In this document: positions 6,626 to 13,755 of the stretch, piece after piece
How the letters are laid out: each line of letters opens with the position of its first letter
How positions within the stretch are numbered: position 1 is the stretch's first letter
Source of the DNA: a virus
Virus record (IMG/VR): IMGVR_UViG_3300019124_000038
Span: 1-64,000 of that record
Direction: 5' to 3' (one strand)
DNA length: 64,000 nucleotides
The notes under the pieces: model-generated
Told to the model about the DNA's origin: nothing
Database searches by the model: none
Seen by the model: the letters and a program-made list of their open reading frames with translations, nothing else
Translations under genes and position numbers: made by a program

Positions 6626-6712
6626 TGGTGTGACTAGAGAGACTTGAACTCTCATGACCTTGCGGTCACTACACCCTCAATGTAGCGCGTATGCCAATTC
6701 CGCCATAGTCAC
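6626..6712 (-). tRNA. tRNA-Leu(GAG)
   Basis: CTACA-TTGAGGG-TGTAG, long variable arm, CCA. Confidence 0.93.
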
Positions 6713-6815
6713 ATGCGAAGCTAGGACAATTCTCAGAGTCACCGATTTCCATGTCCAAGGTTTCCGCATCGAGCAGGTTTACCTTCGGTGATTCGCCTAC
6801 AGTCTGAGTCTTATT

Positions 6816-6891
6816 TGGTAGGAGTGAAGGGATTCGAACCCCCGACTTCTTGCTTGTAAGGCAAGCACTCTTCTCGCTGAGTTACACTCCC
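6816..6891 (-). tRNA. tRNA-Val(TAC)
   Basis: CTTGC-CTTACAA-GCAAG, CCA. Confidence 0.93.
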
Positions 6892-6896
6892 ATATC

Positions 6897-6971
6897 TGGT
6901 GCTCCCTAGAGGACTCGAACCTCTGACCTTCACCACGTCAAGGTGACACTCTGCCACTGAGTTAAGGAAGC
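6897..6971 (-). tRNA. tRNA-Val(GAC)
   Basis: TCACC-TTGACGT-GGTGA, CCA. Confidence 0.93.
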
Positions 6972-7059
6972 AAGTTTTGATCGTCTCGGTGAGGAGCGTC
7001 ACCCGCAGGTGTCTCCTCTAAGCTGTCCAGCTCATTCACGAGAATTTGAGACGATCATT

Positions 7060-7135
7060 TGGTGGCTCGTACTGGACTTGAACCAGTGACTTCTTCCTTA
7101 TGAGGGAAGCACTCTACCAACTGAGTTAACGAGCC
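7060..7135 (-). tRNA. tRNA-Met/Ile2(CAT)
   Basis: CTTCC-CTCATAA-GGAAG, CCA; Met versus lysidine-Ile not resolved. Confidence 0.9.
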
Positions 7136-7233
7136 ATTAGGCGAGAGTTTCATGGAAGGGCTGACTAGTATTGCCTTCGACAAAGGATTCCCTTCGCTCT
7201 CATGGGCGAAAGTATCTCTCGAACCTTTTTTGT

Positions 7234-7309
7234 TGGTGACGGGTACTGGAATCGAACCAGTGACGCAAGGATTTTCAGCCCTTCGCTCTACCTACTGAGC
7301 TAACCCGCC
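7234..7309 (-). tRNA. tRNA-Phe(GAA)
   Basis: AAGGG-CTGAAAA-TCCTT, CCA. Confidence 0.93.
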
Positions 7310-7312
7310 ATA

Positions 7313-7388
7313 TGGCTACAGGGATGGGACTCGAACCCACGACCACGAGATTAACAGTCCCGCGCTCTACCAACTGAGCTACCCTGCA
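7313..7388 (-). tRNA. tRNA-Asn(GTT)
   Basis: CGGGA-CTGTTAA-TCTCG, CCA. Confidence 0.93.
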
Positions 7389-7482
7389 ATAATTAATGAT
7401 GAGGTAAACTCCAGATCAAACCCTCATCCCCGCACCCTCATCGGCTTCTGCACATGTGTACGCATGTGGCGGGTTTCCCTTT

Positions 7483-7560
7483 TGGTGCGCCCTGCTGGAC
7501 TCGAACCAGCGACCCTCCGATTAAAAGTCGGATGCTTACTACCATCTGAGCTAAGGACGC
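7483..7560 (-). tRNA. tRNA-Lys(TTT)
   Basis: TCCGA-CTTTTAA-TCGGA, CCA. Confidence 0.93.
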
Positions 7561-7569
7561 ATATTAGAT

Positions 7570-7665
7570 TCTAAGAGTGCGCCTACCATCTAGGCGGTTG
7601 GGACGGCTATGCGTGACCCCACCGAGGAATCGAACCCCTATTTTGCATTTTTCGCTACCCTTAGA
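7570..7665 (-). ncRNA. circularly permuted tRNA mimic (YrlA-type Y RNA topology)
   Basis: closing stem TCTAAGGGT/ACTCTTAGA, then T-arm GGGG-TTCGATT-CCTC, capped acceptor-like stem, D-arm GCCTA-GATGG-TAGGC. Confidence 0.6.
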
Positions 7666-7668
7666 TTT

Positions 7669-7742
7669 TGGCGGTTCTGACGGGAATCGAACCCGCGACC
7701 TTCGATGGACAGTCGAGAATTTTGCCATTAAACTACAGAACC
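7669..7742 (-). tRNA. tRNA-Asp(GTC)
   Basis: TCGA-CTGTCCA-TCGA, CCA. Confidence 0.92.
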
Positions 7743-7744
7743 AT

Positions 7745-7819
7745 TGGCGGGGGATGTGGGGGTCGAACCCACGACACTCGGAGTCAAAGTCCGATGCTCT
7801 ACCACTGAGCTAATCCCCA
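7745..7819 (-). tRNA. tRNA-Gln(TTG)
   Basis: TCGGA-CTTTGAC-TCCGA, CCA. Confidence 0.93.
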
Positions 7820-7898
7820 ATATTTGGAACTCACTTCGTCACATTGACTAGCTATGACAGAGTGGAGTCAGACTCTCGAACTGGGTCACAGTTCTACA

Positions 7899-7975
7899 TG
7901 GTGCTGGTGACAGGAATCGAACCTGCGACCTTCTGCTTACAAGGCAGTTGCACAACCAACGAGTGCTTCACCAGC
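7899..7975 (-). tRNA. tRNA-Thr(TGT)
   Basis: CTGC-CTTGTAA-GCAG, CCA. Confidence 0.92.
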
Positions 7976-7998
7976 ATGTCTTGTTATCTTATATCTGT

Positions 7999-8027
7999 AT
8001 TATACCATCTAGCCAGTAGGCTGTCAA
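7999..8027 (-). promoter_or_regulatory. sigma-A consensus promoter of the main tRNA operon
   Basis: TTGACA-17 nt-TATAAT with extended TG. Confidence 0.85.
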
Positions 8028-8069
8028 GGAAGTTTGTGGAAATCTTTCACTGACTAGATGATATAAGCA

Positions 8070-8261
8070 CTACTCTGTCAGGTTAGTGTAGCATTCTCCT
8101 CCAGCCGCAACCCAATCAGTCGCGTACTTTTGCAGAGAATCCCAAACTACCTGCGGGTCAGTTGTGCGATGACCACGAACGATGACGGTTCCGTCGCACC
8201 AAAGCTCCAGAACTGTTTCTCCGCTCTTGTCGGCCATACTGAACAGTTGAGTAATACCCAT
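8070..8261 (-). CDS. 63-aa hypothetical protein
   Basis: AAAGGAGGTG RBS. Confidence 0.7.
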   Translation of the reverse strand: MGITQLFSMADKSGETVLELWCDGTVIVRGHRTTDPQVVWDSLQKYATDWVAAGGECYTNLTE

Positions 8262-8349
8262 CTAGCTCCACCTCCTTTTCTGTGGCAAGAACAGATACTT
8301 CTTGGGGTCGAACATTTGATGCTATGGGTGACACCATTTACTTCGGTAG

Positions 8350-8535
8350 GTGTCGTACCGCCGCGAGTCGAATCTTACACTCCCTGCGGTCGAGAGCTTG
8401 AGAGGTGACTTGCTTCGGGGAAACCCGCCAACTTTGGAAACCAAGCTGACGTAAAACCCGAAGCCGCCCGTCTTGACTCGTTTACCCCCGAGGAGACGAA
8501 TGAATGGCGTTTGGGGAGATTCGACGTACTCTTGC
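8350..8535 (-). ncRNA. 6S-like long irregular hairpin RNA
   Basis: about 185 nt; GTCGAATCT/AGATTCGAC, GCTTCGGG/CCCGAAGC, CGTCAGCTT/AAGTTGGCG; TCACCT and 3' GCGGCGG words. Confidence 0.45.
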
Positions 8536-8540
8536 ACGTT

Positions 8541-8616
8541 TGGAGCACCGAGTCGGAATCGAACCGACGAATGGCAGGATTTGCAGTCCTGTTGCTCAAC
8601 CATTGAGCATCGGCGC
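8541..8616 (-). tRNA. tRNA-Cys(GCA)
   Basis: CAGGA-CTGCAAA-TCCTG, U73, CCA. Confidence 0.92.
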
Positions 8617-8755
8617 ATAGAGAACATCGGGGCATCACCTACATCCCCGATGCACGTTGTTGGAGGGAGGGGGAGTTCCCTCCAAGGTTATTTCAGCACA
8701 CATAAGATTTACACCCGTTGTTAGGCACTCACGGTTTGGCTTATCTTATGAATAT

Positions 8756-8784
8756 ATTATAACCTATCTCCAACCGATTGTCAA
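8756..8784 (-). promoter_or_regulatory. sigma-A consensus promoter
   Basis: TTGACA-17 nt-TATAAT. Confidence 0.85.
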
Positions 8785-8794
8785 GGACGGTCGA

Positions 8795-8998
8795 TTAGTC
8801 GCAACCTCCGCCGCCAGAAGAACCACTGTCCGAAGATGATGAACTGCTATCTGAAGACCATGAGCTACCTGAACCCCAATCAGTTCCGTATGTGTAGTTG
8901 CTGGAGCTGGAGCTGGAGCTGGAGCTGGAGCTGGAGCTGGAGTTTCGACGACGACGCTCCTCTTCTTCTCGGCGACGACGACGTTCTGCTTCTGTCAT
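8795..8998 (-). CDS. 67-aa low-complexity Arg/Glu/Ser-rich protein
   Basis: AAGGAGG RBS and own upstream promoter. Confidence 0.65.
   Translation of the reverse strand: MTEAERRRRREEEERRRRNSSSSSSSSSSSSSSNYTYGTDWGSGSSWSSDSSSSSSDSGSSGGGGCD
8901..8942. repeat. (CTGGAG)x7 tandem repeat encoding poly-Ser
   Basis: read directly from sequence. Confidence 0.95.
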
Positions 8999-9042
8999 GG
9001 GTAATTCCTCCTTGGATTTATGTGTTGTTATCTTACGACTAT

Positions 9043-9072
9043 ACTATAACATCAACTGGTACAAGTTGTCAA
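9043..9072 (-). promoter_or_regulatory. sigma-A-type promoter
   Basis: TTGACA-18 nt-TATAGT. Confidence 0.7.
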
Positions 9073-9092
9073 GGAAGTTATCATTGGATAAT

Positions 9093-9118
9093 AAAAAGAA
9101 AGGGCACTAAGCCCTTTC
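9093..9118 (-). terminator. intrinsic terminator
   Basis: GAAAGGGC-TTAGT-GCCCTTTC plus T-run. Confidence 0.75.
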
Positions 9119-9932
9119 AAGTATTACTTGTCATTTCCACCAAGGAACCAACTTCAAAAATATACTCCTCGCCAATCTCTGCAATTTTAATTCCCGCTCC
9201 ATGAATCTCTTCCCACTTATCATGAACATTATCGGGATAATGCATGATATAAGTACGCTTTCGCTGATCGGCGGGAAGAGCCAACAGATCATTCAAGGAA
9301 GCGTGAACTTTTCCTTCCCCATCGTAGAAGCCACAATCATGGAACATAGCCACCATTCCATCTTTCATTGCCATATCAACAAGTGTTGGGTTAAGCAGAG
9401 CATCGCCAGAGTACATGATATACTTCTCGCCTTCGCCGATGAATAGTCCAAAAGACTGCTTGTTTTTGACATGGTAAGTTGGGAATACCGAGAACATCAC
9501 TCCATTAAAGTCGAAAAATCGACCAGTACGGTCAACGATCTCAAATGTGAAATAGTCCTTGAAGCTCAGGTTCCCCTCTTCCGCTTTTGCCATCGTACCC
9601 TTCAGCGTCTCGTTCCACAGTTCTGTCTTGATACGCTCAGACGGTAAGATTAGGTGTGGCTTGCGCTGGAGTGTGTAGCGACCATAAAATCCTGCTTCTT
9701 CAAGACCGTGGGTATGATCTCCGTGGTTGTGCGTGACGAAGATCGCGTCGATATCTTCCCATTTAACCCCTGCCATGTCAAGGTAGAGCGGTACAAGACC
9801 GCCGCAGTCAATCAGGATACGCTTGGTAATCCCATTGTTTTTAACTGTGACAAGGCATGAAGTGTGACCATACTTCTTGCTCCATGCTCCGCCAGTTCCA
9901 ATGAACTTCATCGTCACTACTGCCATTTTCAC
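9117..9932 (-). CDS. apyc1: MBL-fold hydrolase, anti-Pycsar Apyc1-like cyclic nucleotide phosphodiesterase
   Basis: GTGGAWSKK, LIDCG, THNHGDH.GLEE, LWNETLKG, FHDC, VHASLNDL, MHYPDN motifs as recalled for the Apyc1 family. Confidence 0.75.
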   Translation of the reverse strand: MKMAVVTMKFIGTGGAWSKKYGHTSCLVTVKNNGITKRILIDCGGLVPLYLDMAGVKWEDIDAIFVTHNHGDHTHGLEEAGFYGRYTLQRKPHLILPSERIKTELWNETLKGTMAKAEEGNLSFKDYFTFEIVDRTGRFFDFNGVMFSVFPTYHVKNKQSFGLFIGEGEKYIMYSGDALLNPTLVDMAMKDGMVAMFHDCGFYDGEGKVHASLNDLLALPADQRKRTYIMHYPDNVHDKWEEIHGAGIKIAEIGEEYIFEVGSLVEMTSNT

Positions 9933-10453
9933 CCATCCTTTTTGTCGTACTTTTCGTAGCTGTTATCCCGCCCGTGGTTCCAGTCGGTCAGCACCAGCAC
10001 AATAGCTTCGAGGTCTCGAAGATCGTCAGGCATGATTTCGATAACCCATGAATTGCGATACTTCTTCTCTTTACTGTCGTAGTAATATCGCTGATTGACC
10101 AAAATCTCTAGACCGCTATGAAAGTGAGTCATCTTCAACAGTCTTTTTGCAATTTGTGACCACTCAGAAGGTGAATCGGGTCGAAACTCGAAAGTGATTT
10201 TCAATGCACCACTAGAATCGTCAGAGAAGAAGGAGACTACATTTCCCATGAGTTCAAGTTGTTCGGTGATGGCATCTCGGAAGTGACCGATCTGAACCAT
10301 GAACTGCAAACTGAGCGCATCTTCTTCTAGGTCTTTCTCACGGAACCCGAAGCCTTCACAGAGAGGGCAGTCGTAGTACGAGTTCTCATAGTACCAACCA
10401 CCCTTACCTCCACATACTTCACAGGGTACGGCTACTGATTTCCTCTTCTCCAT
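9929..10453 (-). CDS. hypothetical protein with N-terminal CxxCxGxG zinc finger
   Basis: CEVCGGKG and CPLCEGFG. Confidence 0.75.
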   Translation of the reverse strand: MEKRKSVAVPCEVCGGKGGWYYENSYYDCPLCEGFGFREKDLEEDALSLQFMVQIGHFRDAITEQLELMGNVVSFFSDDSSGALKITFEFRPDSPSEWSQIAKRLLKMTHFHSGLEILVNQRYYYDSKEKKYRNSWVIEIMPDDLRDLEAIVLVLTDWNHGRDNSYEKYDKKDG

Positions 10454-10467
10454 GTCCCTGCACCCTC

Positions 10468-11202
10468 TTATCTTCCGACAAGGAGACGTTGCCAGAGTGG
10501 AGCAGGGAGACTAGCTTGTTGCATACGCGATACTGCCCGTTCGATTGGATAAGAAACACGATGAAATACAAGCTCCTTAGTTTCAGTATCATACAGGACA
10601 TAAGATGCACGACTATCATTGTCGCGCGGCTGTCCTACAGACCCAACATTCACAATGTATCGTTCATCGTCATTCAGGGCGGTTGTATAGGTATCCCCTC
10701 CATGCATCAGTGGCTTATAGGAGTCGCCTTTATTCCCCCACACCATCGGGATGTGGGTGTGACCTACAAACGCAATATTGAACTCTTCGGCGGCAAATGC
10801 AGAATCCGCGTCACTGTCATTAAAAATATAAGCAAACGGATACTTTGGACTACCATGAATAAACATGATTCCATCTTCGGTTAAGTATCCGTATTCAAGA
10901 TTTCGCAGAAAGTCTTTGTTGGATGCCGTAGTATGCTTCGCTGTCCATTCGATTGCTTCCCGCGCAAGAGGGTTGAATCCAAGTGCCTGTTTGAGATCGA
11001 CACAAGCATCGTCGTGGTTTCCTCGGACGATGAATTTACAATTGCTCACAACGGTCTCCACGCACTCATTCGGGAAAGCTCCGTAACCAACAATATCGCC
11101 AAGACATACTTTCGTTTCTACGCCTTGTGTATTCATGTGATCGAGGACTGCCTGAAGCGCGGGGAGATTACCGTGGATATCAGAAAAAATTCCAATACGC
11201 AT
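10468..11202 (-). CDS. calcineurin-like metallophosphoesterase
   Basis: SDIHGN, GDIVGYG, GNHD, HGSP, GHTH, NVGSVGQPRD. Confidence 0.92.
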   Translation of the reverse strand: MRIGIFSDIHGNLPALQAVLDHMNTQGVETKVCLGDIVGYGAFPNECVETVVSNCKFIVRGNHDDACVDLKQALGFNPLAREAIEWTAKHTTASNKDFLRNLEYGYLTEDGIMFIHGSPKYPFAYIFNDSDADSAFAAEEFNIAFVGHTHIPMVWGNKGDSYKPLMHGGDTYTTALNDDERYIVNVGSVGQPRDNDSRASYVLYDTETKELVFHRVSYPIERAVSRMQQASLPAPLWQRLLVGR

Positions 11203-11771
11203 TATTTTTCTCCTCCTAGTTCCTTTTGGATGATATCGAAGACGGCGTTGACAGTCTCCTCCAGATCACGGTTGGCTACCCAATAGATATCTTCTTCTGG
11301 ATTAGGTAGAGCACGGCTCCACGCTTCCTTACTGAATTTCTCTTGGTCAACAGTGATGCGCTTTCGAATGTCTTCTTCGCTGTCTCCTCGTTGCACCATT
11401 CTGACAATTCTACCGATTGTGTCAACTGCGATATAGACAACGACAATGTTCAGCTCGTCGCCCATATTCTCGCGGAGTTCTGCAACCCCGTCAGGGTCTA
11501 CTACATAAATGTCTGCTGTCAATGCCTGTTCCCGAGTGCAATAGTAGTGGTAGTTGTTGTAGAAGGTGTATGCCACAATCTCGCTCCGTAAGTAATGCTG
11601 AACATAGTCAGCTTCGGTGACAAAGATGTGGTTGTCTTCTCCTTCATATCTCGGTGGGCGCGTGGTGTACGAATTGATCGCTTTAACCCCACGCTTCTCC
11701 AGCTCTTTTTGTACACTTGTCTTGCCAGAGCCAGATTCACCTACGAGACAGATCAGTGTGTGCTTTTTCAG
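11202..11771 (-). CDS. gmk: guanylate kinase with non-canonical start codon
   Basis: in-frame extension of ORF 11202-11576 gives LICLVGESGSGKT and SYTTRPPR.GE..H.FV; AAGGAGG RBS before CTG 11771. Confidence 0.85.
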   Translation of the reverse strand: MKKHTLICLVGESGSGKTSVQKELEKRGVKAINSYTTRPPRYEGEDNHIFVTEADYVQHYLRSEIVAYTFYNNYHYYCTREQALTADIYVVDPDGVAELRENMGDELNIVVVYIAVDTIGRIVRMVQRGDSEEDIRKRITVDQEKFSKEAWSRALPNPEEDIYWVANRDLEETVNAVFDIIQKELGGEK

Positions 11772-11800
11772 ATTGATCTACCTCCTTATGCTATACTTGT

Positions 11801-11829
11801 ATTATAACACTTACTTTCGTAAAAGTCAA
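11801..11829 (-). promoter_or_regulatory. sigma-A-type promoter of the gmk operon
   Basis: TTGACT-17 nt-TATAAT with extended TG. Confidence 0.75.
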
Positions 11830-11861
11830 AGAATCGACTATAGCACAAAAAGGACTGACGG

Positions 11862-12233
11862 CTACTCCAGTCCTCGTTCACGATCTCCTCGTCCGACTGT
11901 TTTTCGTTGCACTTGAATCGGTACGAGGTAGTTGAGGAGAAATTCGACGGCAACTTCGGGATTGCAATGCTCTCCGCATGTGTAGCAGTCAATGCCAGCG
12001 AATCCTCGCTCTGGATATGTGTGAATTGTAAAGTGACTCTCTGACAGAGTTATTTGCACCGTAACTCCATTAGGATCGAATTTGTGAGCGTATGTGTGTA
12101 AGACTTCCGCTCCAGATTTTGTTGCACCGCGCTCCATGACTTCGATCAGTCTTTCAGCGTCATTCAGCTTATCGAATGTTACTCCCCATGCGTCGCAAAG
12201 TACATGGCTACCCTTTTCAAGAAACCCGCCCAA
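11862..12233 (-). CDS. speD: S-adenosylmethionine decarboxylase proenzyme
   Basis: GSHVLCD, F.PNGVT, LSESHFTIHTYPE (pyruvoyl ES cleavage site), DCYTCG; probable TTG start 12233. Confidence 0.92.
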   Translation of the reverse strand: MGGFLEKGSHVLCDAWGVTFDKLNDAERLIEVMERGATKSGAEVLHTYAHKFDPNGVTVQITLSESHFTIHTYPERGFAGIDCYTCGEHCNPEVAVEFLLNYLVPIQVQRKTVGRGDRERGLE

Positions 12234-12786
12234 TTTGCCGTCTCTCCTCCCTCGTTTGTGGATTAATGTGCCAGATCGGTCTTCCAACTTTCAGTGCGTA
12301 ATTGACCGTGTGACCAGTTCCACTTCGTCCACCGTCACCATTCCAAACAGCGATCAGCAGTTGAGAGTCATCAACCATCGCTTTGTCACGAACGATCATC
12401 TTGTACGCTTCGTACCCTCCTTCGCAGATTGTCTTTACGCTGTCGCATCGACTTACCAATCGACGGTATGCCTGAATATCCTGCGAAGTCCATCTGGATT
12501 CTTGACCCTCAAAAGGCTTATACAGGGTCAGGGTTATATTTGGGAAAAATTCTCGCAAGTCCGCAACAATCTCTCCTGCCCACATGTCAACGCCAATCGC
12601 TCCGCCATAGATGAAATGTCTGTATCCTTGGTCAATGGCATCAAAAATAGCCACATATAGCTCAGACTTTACCCATGCGATCAATTCGTGATCTAGGTTC
12701 CTGAAAGTTCCGTCATGCGAAAATTTATTCGGTCTGTGTCCTGTGAAACTTACCGTTTTCTCCACACCTATTTCTCCCATCCGCAC
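12217..12786 (-). CDS. SLOG-family YspA/DUF1273 protein
   Basis: VSFTGHRP, FIYGGAIGVD, PFEGQ..RW, RDKAMVD, GTGHTV.YA. Confidence 0.88.
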   Translation of the reverse strand: MRMGEIGVEKTVSFTGHRPNKFSHDGTFRNLDHELIAWVKSELYVAIFDAIDQGYRHFIYGGAIGVDMWAGEIVADLREFFPNITLTLYKPFEGQESRWTSQDIQAYRRLVSRCDSVKTICEGGYEAYKMIVRDKAMVDDSQLLIAVWNGDGGRSGTGHTVNYALKVGRPIWHINPQTREERRQIGRVS

Positions 12787-12795
12787 AAGTGTTGT

Positions 12796-12824
12796 ATTAT
12801 AACCATATTATACATCCTTGTCAA
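12796..12824 (-). promoter_or_regulatory. sigma-A consensus promoter
   Basis: TTGACA-17 nt-TATAAT. Confidence 0.8.
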
Positions 12825-13107
12825 TGGAAAGTCAAGTGCAGAACTTTCGACTCGTTTTCCCAAATATCGTAGTAGAACTTTTCTTTGTTTTGAGAAACAA
12901 AGAGATATCTTTTATATATATTATATATATCTTATAAGATAGCATTTCTGTTGACCAAGCATAACTGCCACAAAGCCTTGCGCCACAAGGGATTGCGGCT
13001 TGCTGTCTCAAAAGTTGAAGGACCAAAGATTGGTCCCATAACTTTTGACCCAACAACGAGTAGGTGTCTCAAAAAGTGAGACAACAAAGAAAGGAAGGAG
13101 AAACGAT

Positions 13108-13755
13108 ATGACACACGAAGAAAAAGAAATCAAGACCCTTGTGATCGCGGCGCAAAAGGCAGAAGATCGAGAAGATAGAAGAGTTCTCGTGAGCATCATC
13201 CTGACTAAGCTGAAACCATTCCGTCATGCACTTGCAAAACGATTCTCAGGTAAAGGAGTGGAGTTCGATGATATTGTGCAAGAACTCGATATGAAGCTAA
13301 TCGAAGCGATCTACGACTACGATGAAACACTAGACCCTAGTGCGTTAAGACACGTCACCGCTAAGACGCGAAACGGAGTTTGGAACTACTACCGAAAAAT
13401 GATGAACTATTTTGACGACAACAAGCGGGAACTCAGTCTGAGTGCAGAATTTGGAGAATACCAGTATGGGTCACGGTGGTTTTACCCGCTGGATCAATTG
13501 GAGGATACTGCGTGGGATGAGGAAACGATTGTCCAAAGATTGGCAGTAGAAGAGGAGTTAGCAAAGCTAACCCCCCATCAACAGCGAGTATTACAGATGT
13601 ACTTCATCGAAGATCGAACTCAGTACGATGTAGCCGAGGAACTGAGTATCACACAAGCGAATGTGTCTCGCGCAAAGAATCGCGCTATTTCGCAACTTCG
13701 GACAGCCCTCTTGCCCGAGGATGAGACGACTGAAACGCCTGAGCAAGCCGATTAG
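13108..13755 (+). CDS. sigma-70-family RNA polymerase sigma factor (SigF/G/B-like size)
   Basis: region 2 A.RFSGKGVEFDDIVQE...LIEAIYDYD; region 4 LTPHQQRVLQMYF...TQYDVAEELSITQANVSR; AAGGAG RBS. Confidence 0.88.
   Translation: MTHEEKEIKTLVIAAQKAEDREDRRVLVSIILTKLKPFRHALAKRFSGKGVEFDDIVQELDMKLIEAIYDYDETLDPSALRHVTAKTRNGVWNYYRKMMNYFDDNKRELSLSAEFGEYQYGSRWFYPLDQLEDTAWDEETIVQRLAVEEELAKLTPHQQRVLQMYFIEDRTQYDVAEELSITQANVSRAKNRAISQLRTALLPEDETTETPEQAD

Noticed and set aside
2197-8724. ORF-track ORFs such as 2197-2520, 3943-4338, 4934-5170, 5904-6308, 6269-6481 and 8322-8627
   Set aside because: They run through tRNA/ncRNA genes and lack RBSs; shadow ORFs
2373-8740. tmRNA or SRP RNA in the RNA island
   Set aside because: No tmRNA termini with tag ORF and no SRP helix-8 motif found by eye
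9117-9932. RNase Z for tRNA 3' processing
   Set aside because: Motif pattern fits Apyc1 better and the tRNAs already encode CCA; not fully excluded
11519-11740. Frameshifted guanylate kinase pseudogene
   Set aside because: The P-loop region is in frame with 11202-11576 and has no stops; only the start codon is unusual
12791-12820. dif site for the Xer recombinase
   Set aside because: 5-bp rather than 6-bp spacer, no XerD-arm match, and it coincides with a promoter
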